DNA from: Acidimicrobiia bacterium
GTDB taxonomy: Bacteria; Actinomycetota; Acidimicrobiia; Spongiisociales; ZC4RG35
Assembly: GCA_035292685.1 (NCBI GenBank)
Contig: DATDPP010000040.1
Span: forward strand, 65,398 to 129,397
Length of the DNA: 64,000 bases
Direction: 5' to 3'
Shown: positions 18,255 through 26,008 of the stretch, one piece after another
Numbering within the stretch: position 1 is the first letter of the stretch
How the letters are laid out: each line of letters begins with the position of its first letter
Made by a program: the position numbers and the translations under genes
Notes under the pieces: generated by a model
Seen by the model: only the letters and a program-made list of their open reading frames with translations
Databases searched by the model: none
Told to the model about the DNA's origin: nothing

Positions 18255-19718
18255 ATGCCCACCACCCGAGTCGAGATCTCCGAATACGCCGTTTCCCCCG
18301 ACCATTACATCGGTGGCAAGCGTGTTGCCTCACCCCAGACCTTCGAAGTGCGCTCCCCGCTCGACTGGGACTGGAAGCTGGCGGACGTCGCCAGAGGGGA
18401 TGCGCTGGCCGCCGACGAGGCGGTCAGCTCGGCGATCGCCGCCTTCCCGGGTTGGGCTGCTCTCAATCCCAAGGAGCGGGGCGAGTACCTGCATCGTCTC
18501 GCCGACCTGATCGACCAGAACATCGAGGTCATCGCCCAGGTCGAGTGTGTCGACATGGCGATGCTCCTCGAGAGCCTCCAGGCCCGGGTCATCCACCGTG
18601 GCGCCGAGAACCTCCGGAACTACGCCGACCTGGCCGCGGGTTACGAGGGCCGGCGCTGGTCGTCGAAGGGCACCGACAACCAGGTGCAAAGGATGCCCGC
18701 CGGGCCGGCGGTGATCATCACCCCCTGGAACGCACCCTGGCTGCTCTCGACCTGGAAACTGGCCCCAGCCCTGGCCGCCGGAAACCCGGTCATTCTCAAG
18801 CCGGCCGAATGGGCACCCCTCTCCGCCTCCCTGCTCGCGGATCTGGCGGAGGAGGCAGGTCTGCCACCCGGGGTGTTGAATGTGGTCCAGGGAATCGGCG
18901 ACGAGGTCGGGGCGGCCCTGGTGTCGGACCGCAGGGTGCGTCGTATCTCGTTCACAGGCTCCCCGGAGGCCGCCCGGCACATCGGGATCGCGGCCGCGGG
19001 CAACATCGTCCCCTTCACGGCGGAGCTGGGCGGCAAGGGGCCTTTTGTCGTCTTCGCCGACTGCGACCTGGAGGCGGCGGCCAAGAAAGCGGCCGGTCAG
19101 TACGACGACGCGGGTCAGGTTTGCCTCGCCGGCACCCGGCTCTTGGTGGAAGGGAGTGTCTCGACCGAGTTCCTGGAGCTATTTCACCGGTTCACCGACA
19201 CCCATGTGCTCGGCGACAGCCGGAGCCCTCTCACCACGATCAGCCCGCTGATCCATCCTGATCATCTGGCCCGGGTCGAGGGCTTCGTGAGACGGGCCCG
19301 GGAGGCGGGTGACCGGATCGTTCGGGGCGGCGAGCGGTGGAAGCAGGACGGTTTGTGGTACGAGCCAACGCTGATCGAGCCCAAATCGAACGACTCCGAG
19401 GTGGTGCAACGCGAGGTGTTCGGGCCGGTGCTCACCTATCAGACCTTCGAGAGCGAGGTCGAGGCGATCGATCTGGCCAATTCCACGCGGTACGGGCTTT
19501 CCGGCATCGTCTACACCGGCTCCGAGGAGCGGGCCGAGCGGGTAGGGCGCGGGATCAGGGCGGGGACGATCTGGGTGAACACCTTCCTGGTGCGTGATTT
19601 GACCGCCCCGTTTGGGGGGTGCCGGATCTCCGGGATCGGACGGGAGGGCGGCGACTATGCCCTCGACTTCCATTCCGAGCTGAAGACGGTTCAGGTCAAG
19701 CAGGGAACGGTGGGATGA
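18255..19718 (+). CDS. hpaE: NAD-dependent aldehyde dehydrogenase, 5-carboxymethyl-2-hydroxymuconate semialdehyde dehydrogenase-like
   Basis: 487 aa. LADLIDQN, ELGGKGP, catalytic-Cys region AGQVCLAG and C-terminal VRDLTAPFGGCRISGIGREGGDYALDFH closely parallel E. coli HpaE (LGDLIDQN ... VRDLRQPFGGVKASGTGREGGEYSFEVF). Confidence 0.6.
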   Translation: MPTTRVEISEYAVSPDHYIGGKRVASPQTFEVRSPLDWDWKLADVARGDALAADEAVSSAIAAFPGWAALNPKERGEYLHRLADLIDQNIEVIAQVECVDMAMLLESLQARVIHRGAENLRNYADLAAGYEGRRWSSKGTDNQVQRMPAGPAVIITPWNAPWLLSTWKLAPALAAGNPVILKPAEWAPLSASLLADLAEEAGLPPGVLNVVQGIGDEVGAALVSDRRVRRISFTGSPEAARHIGIAAAGNIVPFTAELGGKGPFVVFADCDLEAAAKKAAGQYDDAGQVCLAGTRLLVEGSVSTEFLELFHRFTDTHVLGDSRSPLTTISPLIHPDHLARVEGFVRRAREAGDRIVRGGERWKQDGLWYEPTLIEPKSNDSEVVQREVFGPVLTYQTFESEVEAIDLANSTRYGLSGIVYTGSEERAERVGRGIRAGTIWVNTFLVRDLTAPFGGCRISGIGREGGDYALDFHSELKTVQVKQGTVG

Positions 19719-20398
19719 GAATGGGCCCTGTGGGCAACGAAGCGGTTCGGCTGGCCGTCTACCACTCGTTTCGCACCACCGGCCGGGCACCGTCGGCGAG
19801 AGAGCTGGCGAACAACCTCGACACGTCGCTCGAGTCGATCGCCAAGGGTTACGCCAAGCTGGCGATCCAGAGACACCTGGTCCTCGATGCTGCCGGTGAG
19901 ATTGTGATGGCGCATCCGTTCACGGCCATACCGATGGGGTTCTCCGTGATGGGCGCCAACACCTTGTGGTGGGGCGGGTGCTCCTGGGACTCGTTCGCCA
20001 TCCCGCATCTGGTTCCCGAGGAACCGCAGGTGCTGGTGGCGACCCAATGCCCGGGATGCGGCCTGCCAGTGGCATGGATCGTCACACGAGACGAGCCTCC
20101 GGCCACCGATTGGCTTGCTCACTTCCTGGTGCCGGTGGCTCGGATGTGGGACAACGTGATCCACACCTGCTCCAACCAGCGTCTGTTCTGTTCAGAGGCC
20201 TGTCTCACCGAATGGCTGGATGCCCACGACCATCAGAAGGGCTACGTGATGGACACCGCCACCTTGTGGCGGCTGGCCAGCCGCTGGTACCAGGGTCGCC
20301 TCGACGCCGGGTATGTACGACGCGAGCCCTCGGAGGCTCGCGACTACTTCAAGAGTGTCGGGCTGGAGGGTCGGTTCTGGGGCCTGGGCGAGGATTGA
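19715..20398 (+). CDS. MerB-like (alkylmercury lyase family) protein
   Basis: Start set to ATG 19715, which overlaps the ALDH stop (ATGA). It is in frame with track ORF 19619-20398. N-terminal wHTH-like segment, then WWGGCSWDSFAIP and HTCSNQRLFCSEAC, which align by eye with the MerB Cys96/Asp99 and Cys159 regions. Confidence 0.65.
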   Translation: MRMGPVGNEAVRLAVYHSFRTTGRAPSARELANNLDTSLESIAKGYAKLAIQRHLVLDAAGEIVMAHPFTAIPMGFSVMGANTLWWGGCSWDSFAIPHLVPEEPQVLVATQCPGCGLPVAWIVTRDEPPATDWLAHFLVPVARMWDNVIHTCSNQRLFCSEACLTEWLDAHDHQKGYVMDTATLWRLASRWYQGRLDAGYVRREPSEARDYFKSVGLEGRFWGLGED

Positions 20399-20421
20399 GG
20401 TCGCCGAGTCGTGCTTGGAAC

Positions 20422-20504
20422 TCGTGTGCAACCGACCACCGGGGTGGTGGTCAGCGGCACACGGGATGTCGTGTGAGCGAATCGTGTGCACACGACCCCC
20501 GGGG
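20422..20504. repeat. Imperfect direct repeat (23 nt, 60-nt period) in a convergent intergenic region
   Basis: TCGTGTGCAACCGACCACCGGGG (20422-20444) and TCGTGTGCACACGACCCCCGGGG (20482-20504) match at 20/23 positions. The second copy contains the perfect 14-nt palindrome TCGTGTGCACACGA (20482-20495) and CCCCGGGG. Confidence 0.6.
20434..20452. terminator. Hairpin downstream of the MerB-like gene (candidate terminator, no T-tract)
   Basis: GACCACC (20434-20440), loop GGGGT, GGTGGTC (20446-20452) form a 7-bp perfect stem 36 nt after the stop codon. Confidence 0.35.
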
Positions 20505-20527
20505 ACGGGTATAGATGCACACAACGG

Positions 20528-21982
20528 TTACCAGTTGACCGCTATGTATTTGGTCTCGAGGTACTCGTCCATCCCCTCGTGGGAGCCTTCCCGCCCGACT
20601 CCGGAGTGCTTCACACCCCCAAAGGGGGCGGCCGGGTCTGACACCAGGCCCCGGTTGACCCCCACCATCCCCGCCTCGATGGCCTCGGCGGCTCGCAACC
20701 CGCGGGCCAGATCACCGCTGTACAGATAGGCAGCCAGCCCGTACACGGTGTCATTGGCGAGGGCGATGGCCTCCTCATCCGTCTCGAACGTCACCACCGG
20801 TGCCACCGGTCCAAAGATCTCCTGTTGGAGGATCTCCGAATCTGCAGCCACCCCGCTCAGCACCGTCGGCTCGTAGAAGTAGCCCCGACGATCGGGGACC
20901 GATGCCCCCACCACCACCTTGGCCCCGTCGTCGACCGCGGTTTGGACCAGTTTGGCGATGTCGTCACGCGAGCGCTCGTTGATCATGGGGCCCACCTGAT
21001 TGGAGCGGTCGATCCCGGGCCCCATCTTCAGCGACCCCATCGCACCGGCCAGCATCGAGGTGAACTCATCGGCAACCGCGGCATGGACCAGGAACCGGTT
21101 GGCTGCGGTGCACGCCTCACCGGCGTTGCGCATCTTGGCCACCATCGCTCCTTCCAGCGCCGCACCCAGATTGGCGTCGTCGAAGACGAGGAATGGCGCA
21201 TTCCCGCCCAGTTCCATCGAAACCCGGAGCACTTGATCCGAGGCCACCTTCAACAACGTTCGGCCGACCTCGGTCGAGCCGGTGAAGGAGAGCTTGCGGA
21301 CCCGGGGGTCGCGGAGCATGTTCTCGATTACCCCCGAGGATCCCTTGGCCACCACAATGTTGACCACCCCTGGCGGGAGACCCGCCTGCTCCATGAGATG
21401 GACGATGGCAAGGGTGGTCAGCGGGGCGTCGGAGGCAGGCTTGACGATCGCAGTGCAGCCCGCGGCCAGGGCCGGGCCCAATTTCCTCGTCGCCATCGCA
21501 GCCGGGAAGTTCCACGGGGTGACCATCACCGACACCCCGACCGGCTGGCGGAAGGTCATGATCCGCTTGTCGCCGGCGGGAGCCATGCGCAACTCCCCCG
21601 ACACCCGGGACGCCTCCTCGGAGAACCAGCGGAAAAACTCGGCGGCATAGCGAACCTCGCCGAGCGCATCCGGATAAGCCTTGCCGTTCTCGAGGACGAT
21701 CAGCTCGGCCAGGTCTTCCTCCCTGGCTCGCATCGCCTCGAAGGTGCGTCTCAGGATCTCACCGCGCTCCCGGGGTGGGGTCAGCGCCCAGGGCTTCGAT
21801 GCGTCGAAGGCTGCCACCACCGCATTCTCTGCATGGGCGGCCTCGGCCAACCCCACCCCGACCAGAACCTCTTCGGAGGCGGGATCGACCACCGGCAGCT
21901 CCTCTGCGCACTCGACCCAGTCGCCGCCGATGAAGACCCCGGTCTTGCCGCTTGCTTTCAGTTCTTCGAGGATTGATGTCAT
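20528..21982 (-). CDS. gabD: NAD(P)-dependent succinate-semialdehyde dehydrogenase-like aldehyde dehydrogenase
   Basis: Start trimmed to ATG 21982, which overlaps the upstream stop (ATGA). GEVRYAAEFFRWFSEEASRVSGE, MELGGNAP and the GEACTAANR catalytic-Cys region are typical of GabD/SSADH. Confidence 0.7.
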   Translation of the reverse strand: MTSILEELKASGKTGVFIGGDWVECAEELPVVDPASEEVLVGVGLAEAAHAENAVVAAFDASKPWALTPPRERGEILRRTFEAMRAREEDLAELIVLENGKAYPDALGEVRYAAEFFRWFSEEASRVSGELRMAPAGDKRIMTFRQPVGVSVMVTPWNFPAAMATRKLGPALAAGCTAIVKPASDAPLTTLAIVHLMEQAGLPPGVVNIVVAKGSSGVIENMLRDPRVRKLSFTGSTEVGRTLLKVASDQVLRVSMELGGNAPFLVFDDANLGAALEGAMVAKMRNAGEACTAANRFLVHAAVADEFTSMLAGAMGSLKMGPGIDRSNQVGPMINERSRDDIAKLVQTAVDDGAKVVVGASVPDRRGYFYEPTVLSGVAADSEILQQEIFGPVAPVVTFETDEEAIALANDTVYGLAAYLYSGDLARGLRAAEAIEAGMVGVNRGLVSDPAAPFGGVKHSGVGREGSHEGMDEYLETKYIAVNW

Positions 21983-22788
21983 TCTTCGTCGACCTCCATT
22001 GGAACAGTACGCCGCAGCGTCGTCCCCTCCTTCCATGTCACCCCGACACGGTGGTAGTAGCCACCGATCATCTCCAGCGGCTCGAGCACGGCGAGCTCCT
22101 CGGTCGGGGCGTCGAACAACCGGATTTCAGCATCCCCCGACCACACATCACTCATCTCGCCGTCCACACCGCGCATCGTCACCAACTCGTCCATCGAGTC
22201 GACCCCATCGGATTCGATGGCTGGCCACCACCTGTTGTGCAGCATCGGGTGGCCGTTGACGAATCCCGGGCTCTTCGCCCGCTCGCGCAGGGTCACCACC
22301 GCCTCGGCGATGCGACGACCGGTCACCGACAGCGTGGCACCGAAACGGCCCCCTGTCTCGAGCCGGGGGCCGGCCCTGCCCACCAGTATGGGGCGGGTCA
22401 TCCAGATCTCCCCCAGCTTCTTGGGGTAGCCCTGGTGATATCCGCGGACCAGGGAGAAATCCTTGTCCACCCATATGTACGGGCACCTGCTCCAGGTCGC
22501 GCCCTCCCACTCGCAACGGACCACCACGAAGCACTCTTTGTACTGGGAGCGCACCGGGTCCAGGATCTCGTTGAAGTCGTCACCACAGCTCTGCCAATCG
22601 GCCCAGATCACAGCCACCGCTCCGGGGTCCTCATAAGCGAGCGTCAAGCCGTCTGGAAGCAGACCGGCAACACGGTCCGGATCGGCCCGATACTCGACCG
22701 TGAGCATCTCGCCCGAGTAGTGCCACGGTGGGGGCGGGATCAGCGACGAACGTCCGTCGGCGGTGCGTGGGAAGAGGAATCCGGCCAT
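21979..22788 (-). CDS. Acetoacetate decarboxylase (ADC)-family protein
   Basis: Start trimmed to ATG 22788 (MAGFLFPRTADGRSSLIPPPPWHYSGEML). GYPKK matches the Schiff-base lysine pair motif G(F/Y)PKK of the ADC fold. Confidence 0.7.
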   Translation of the reverse strand: MAGFLFPRTADGRSSLIPPPPWHYSGEMLTVEYRADPDRVAGLLPDGLTLAYEDPGAVAVIWADWQSCGDDFNEILDPVRSQYKECFVVVRCEWEGATWSRCPYIWVDKDFSLVRGYHQGYPKKLGEIWMTRPILVGRAGPRLETGGRFGATLSVTGRRIAEAVVTLRERAKSPGFVNGHPMLHNRWWPAIESDGVDSMDELVTMRGVDGEMSDVWSGDAEIRLFDAPTEELAVLEPLEMIGGYYHRVGVTWKEGTTLRRTVPMEVDEE

Positions 22789-22819
22789 TTGAGGAGGGGC
22801 ATATCGTAGATGGCCGGAT
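22779..22819. promoter_or_regulatory. 10-bp perfect inverted repeat in divergent promoter region
   Basis: ATCCGGCCAT (22779-22788, includes the ADC start codon) N21 ATGGCCGGAT (22810-22819). Lies between the ADC-family gene and the PLP decarboxylase gene. Confidence 0.3.
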
Positions 22820-22846
22820 CTCCGAACAGCACTCAGGTGGGCTACC

Positions 22847-24235
22847 TTGACCCCGATGTCGAAGCCTCTGGAGCCCGACAACCAAGAGCGTGAAGCCCTG
22901 AGTCGGGCGATCCTCGACTATCTCGACGACTGGTACGAGCAAGCCGCCACCATGCCCGCCTCCGGTGTCGATCTCGACCCGTCGCTGACAGCCAATCTGG
23001 CCCGTCCTCCTTCTGAGGAGGGCCGTCCCCTGAAAGAGATCCTGAAGGATCTCGATGCGGCCGGTCAGTCCGGAATTCTCCACCCGGCAGGTGGTCACCT
23101 CTCCTACATACCCAACGGAGGCCTGTACACCGCCGCCCTGGCCGAGTTCCTCGCCGCCGGGCTCAACCGTTACACCGGGGTCGCGGCAGCCGCCCCGGGG
23201 ATGAGCGCCATCGAGCATGGCGTGGTCGCATGGATGACGTCACTCTTCGACCTCGGGGAGAAGGCCTCCGGGCTCATGCTCTCAGGAGGCTCGCTGGCCA
23301 ATTTCACCGCGATCGTGGCCGCCCGCACCTCCAGGTTGGGGGATGACCTGACCCGGGGTGTCCTTTACATCACCTCGCATACCCATCATTCGGTGGCCAA
23401 GGCGGCACGTCTCGCCGGTTTCGGTGACGACCAGATTCGAACCGTGCCCGTCGACGCCGACCTCCGCATGGACCCCGAGGCCCTGGCCAACGCCGTCGAG
23501 GAGGACCGAGAAGCTGGGCGGCAGCCGTTCCTGGTCGTGGGCTCGGCGGGAACCACCGACACCGGGACCATCGACCCCCTCCCGGATCTCGGTGACGTGT
23601 GCGCCGACAGTGAGCTCTGGTTTCACATCGACGGCGCCTACGGGGGATTCTTTCAGCTGACAAAACGAGGGCGAGCCCGGCTCACCGGAATCGAGCGGGC
23701 CGACTCCATCTCCATCGACCCCCACAAGGGCCTTTCCATCCCCTTCGGCAACGGTGCCCTGCTGGTGAGAGACGAGTCGCATCTGGTCGACGCCAACCAA
23801 GGCCGGGGCGCCTACCTCCTCGACGAGGACAGCCATTCCGGGCTCCGTGACATCGCCTCCCTCGGCCCCGAGTTGTCACGACCGTTTCGGGGGCTCCAGG
23901 TATGGCTCCCGCTCCACCTTCACGGGGTAGCGCCGTTTCGGGAGGCGTTGGACCGGGCTCTCGACCTGGCGGATTCCGCATACAGCCGGCTGGCCGGGAT
24001 CGAGGGCATCGAGACCCCCTGGCGGCCGGACCTCTCGATTGTTGCCTTCCGGTTCCGCGACGACGAACAGGGACGGGCGGCGATGGAGGCAGTGAACCGG
24101 GATCGGAAGGTTCACGTCTCTCCGACCATCGTCGACGACCGGTTCGTGCTCCGATTCGCCATCCTCAACCGGAGAACCACGATCGATCACATCGACCATG
24201 CGATCGACATCATCGAAAAGACCCTGATCGGTTGA
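22847..24235 (+). CDS. Group II PLP-dependent amino-acid decarboxylase (aromatic-L-amino-acid/tyrosine decarboxylase type)
   Basis: 462 aa. SHTHHSVAKAARLAG and the PLP-lysine motif SISIDPHKGLSIPFGNGALLV. Start is TTG 22847 or ATG 22856. Confidence 0.8.
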   Translation: MTPMSKPLEPDNQEREALSRAILDYLDDWYEQAATMPASGVDLDPSLTANLARPPSEEGRPLKEILKDLDAAGQSGILHPAGGHLSYIPNGGLYTAALAEFLAAGLNRYTGVAAAAPGMSAIEHGVVAWMTSLFDLGEKASGLMLSGGSLANFTAIVAARTSRLGDDLTRGVLYITSHTHHSVAKAARLAGFGDDQIRTVPVDADLRMDPEALANAVEEDREAGRQPFLVVGSAGTTDTGTIDPLPDLGDVCADSELWFHIDGAYGGFFQLTKRGRARLTGIERADSISIDPHKGLSIPFGNGALLVRDESHLVDANQGRGAYLLDEDSHSGLRDIASLGPELSRPFRGLQVWLPLHLHGVAPFREALDRALDLADSAYSRLAGIEGIETPWRPDLSIVAFRFRDDEQGRAAMEAVNRDRKVHVSPTIVDDRFVLRFAILNRRTTIDHIDHAIDIIEKTLIG

Positions 24236-24245
24236 TCAGGGTCTT
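24218..24245. terminator. Strong bidirectional hairpin between convergent genes
   Basis: AAGACCCTGATC (24218-24229), loop GGTT, GATCAGGGTCTT (24234-24245) form a perfect 12-bp stem. It includes the decarboxylase stop codon and lies 19 nt from the SnoaL-like stop. Confidence 0.6.
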
Positions 24246-24263
24246 GGCGGCGCGGATGCAGGG

Positions 24264-24689
24264 TCAGGAGCCGGCACCCACCGTCCCGCCGATTTGTCGC
24301 ATCAGATCGAAGAGATCCGGGCCGCCCCATTGCTCGGCGAACCGGCCGTCCTCCACCCGGATCAGGTCGAGCAGCCCCACTTCGATCTCGCGACCGGTTG
24401 CCGGGATGCCCATGAACTCACCCTGGTGAGTCCCCCGCATGACCGACCGGAAGGCAATGAAGTCACCCTTGATCACGGTGTCCTCGACGGTGATGGTGGC
24501 GTCCGGGAACGCGGCCTGAATGCCCTTCAATCGTCGAAGCTGCCCCTCGGCATCCAATGGTGGCGCCGTGGCCGAGAGATGACGTTCATAGCCGGGAGTG
24601 ATGAAGTCGGTCACTGCCGCCGGGTTGCCCTGGTTCCATACCGCCTCGATGTACCGGTCGAGCAGGGTGCGGAGATCGGGTTCGGTCAT
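24264..24689 (-). CDS. SnoaL-like / ester-cyclase (NTF2-fold) protein
   Basis: 141 aa. LLDRYIEAVWNQGNPAAVTDFITPGYERH is typical of the SnoaL-like ester cyclase family. The start overlaps the P450 stop (ATGA). Confidence 0.7.
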   Translation of the reverse strand: MTEPDLRTLLDRYIEAVWNQGNPAAVTDFITPGYERHLSATAPPLDAEGQLRRLKGIQAAFPDATITVEDTVIKGDFIAFRSVMRGTHQGEFMGIPATGREIEVGLLDLIRVEDGRFAEQWGGPDLFDLMRQIGGTVGAGS

Positions 24690-25969
24690 GCCACCTCCAT
24701 CCGCACCCGGAGATGTTTGATCCCGTTTATGAAGTTGGAGCGAAGGCGATCGGGCTCACCGATGATCTCGATGAGGCCCGCCCGCTTCAATAGCTCTTCG
24801 AATACAACCCGGACCTCGAGACGGGCCAATGAGGCGCCGAGACAGACATGACGCCCGGCACCGAAGGTCAGGTGGTCGTTGGGAGTGCGTCGGATGTCGA
24901 AACGAAACGGTTCCTCGAACACCGACTCGTCGTAGTTGGCTGACGGGTACCAGACCACCACCCGGTCACCCTCACCGATGACGACGCCGCCCAGTCCGGT
25001 GTCGGCCGTGGCGGTGCGGCGGAAATGCATCGTCACCGTCGACGCCCTGAGGATTTCCTCTGTTGCCGACACGGAAAGACCTTCGCGATCGGCGCGCAAT
25101 GCCTCCAGCTGCTCGGGATGGGTGGTCAGAAAGATCAGCCCGTGGCTGATGGTGTGCCGGGTCGTCTCATTGCCGGCCACCATCATGAGGGTGAAGAAGT
25201 TTTTGAATTCCAGATCGGTCAACGGCTCCCCGTCCGGCTCGGCATGGAGGAGGGTGGTGATGATGTCGTCCTTGGGATTCGCCCTTCGCTCCAGCGCCAT
25301 CTCCTCGGCATAACGGAACACCTCTATCGCCGCCGGAGAACGGAACGGCAGCAGCCGATACTGGTCGGTGTCGTCCTTGTCGATCACCACCGGGGTGTAC
25401 TCCGGGTCGGCGTTGGAGATCATCTGGTCGCCCCAAGCAACGAGTTGGGTGGCATCGGATTCGGGAACACCCAACAGTCGACAGAGGAGCCGGATCGGAA
25501 GCTCGCGCGCGATCTCGGTGACGAAATCGAACTCGCCCAATGGCAGCACCCGGTCGAGCACCTGGCCGGTCAGCCGTCGGAAGGCCTCCTCGTAGGTGGC
25601 GACCACTTTGGGGGTGAAACCGGGCTGGACCAGCCTCCGCAATCGGGCATGCTCAGGGGGGTCGAACTCCATCATGGTCCGTCGGGCCTCCAGCTCATCG
25701 GGAGCCATGTCCTCGATCCGGATCCCGCGCGATGCGGTGAACCTGGCGAAGTCGCGACTGACCATCTCCACGTCGGCATGTCGGGTGACGGCCCAGAAGC
25801 CCGCTCCGTCGCTCTCCTCGACCCAAGCCACCGGTTCCTCGCGGCGCATCCTGGCAAACGTGGCATGAGGCACACACCGGACGAACGTGTCGTGCGACGC
25901 CAGGTCGGCGTTCGCCTCCCCGAGGTCCTGATGAAGGATGTTGAGCGGCATGCGGTCGTTAGGAACCAA
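24686..25969 (-). CDS. Cytochrome P450
   Basis: 427 aa. I-helix MMVAGNETTRH, ExxR, and heme-thiolate loop FGAGRHVCLGASLA. Confidence 0.9.
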   Translation of the reverse strand: MVPNDRMPLNILHQDLGEANADLASHDTFVRCVPHATFARMRREEPVAWVEESDGAGFWAVTRHADVEMVSRDFARFTASRGIRIEDMAPDELEARRTMMEFDPPEHARLRRLVQPGFTPKVVATYEEAFRRLTGQVLDRVLPLGEFDFVTEIARELPIRLLCRLLGVPESDATQLVAWGDQMISNADPEYTPVVIDKDDTDQYRLLPFRSPAAIEVFRYAEEMALERRANPKDDIITTLLHAEPDGEPLTDLEFKNFFTLMMVAGNETTRHTISHGLIFLTTHPEQLEALRADREGLSVSATEEILRASTVTMHFRRTATADTGLGGVVIGEGDRVVVWYPSANYDESVFEEPFRFDIRRTPNDHLTFGAGRHVCLGASLARLEVRVVFEELLKRAGLIEIIGEPDRLRSNFINGIKHLRVRMEVA

Positions 25970-26008
25970 ACATAATCGGCCACTCCCCTGTGGTTACCGT
26001 GTCACTCG

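Noticed and set aside
19715-20398. MerB-like gene as evidence for a mercury-resistance island or mobile element.
   Set aside because: No merR, merA, merT/P/C, transposase, integrase or flanking repeats occur anywhere in the window. The gene is translationally coupled to a catabolic dehydrogenase. It is reported instead as an out-of-context homolog.
22847-24235. The PLP decarboxylase could be an aromatic acetaldehyde synthase. That would supply the arylacetaldehyde directly and explain the missing amine oxidase.
   Set aside because: The residues whose substitution converts decarboxylases into aldehyde synthases appear unchanged by eye. These are the active-site His (THHSV here, AHSS in DDC) and the catalytic-loop Tyr (RGAYLLD here, DPTYLKH in DDC). 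The alignment is unverified, so this is a soft rejection.
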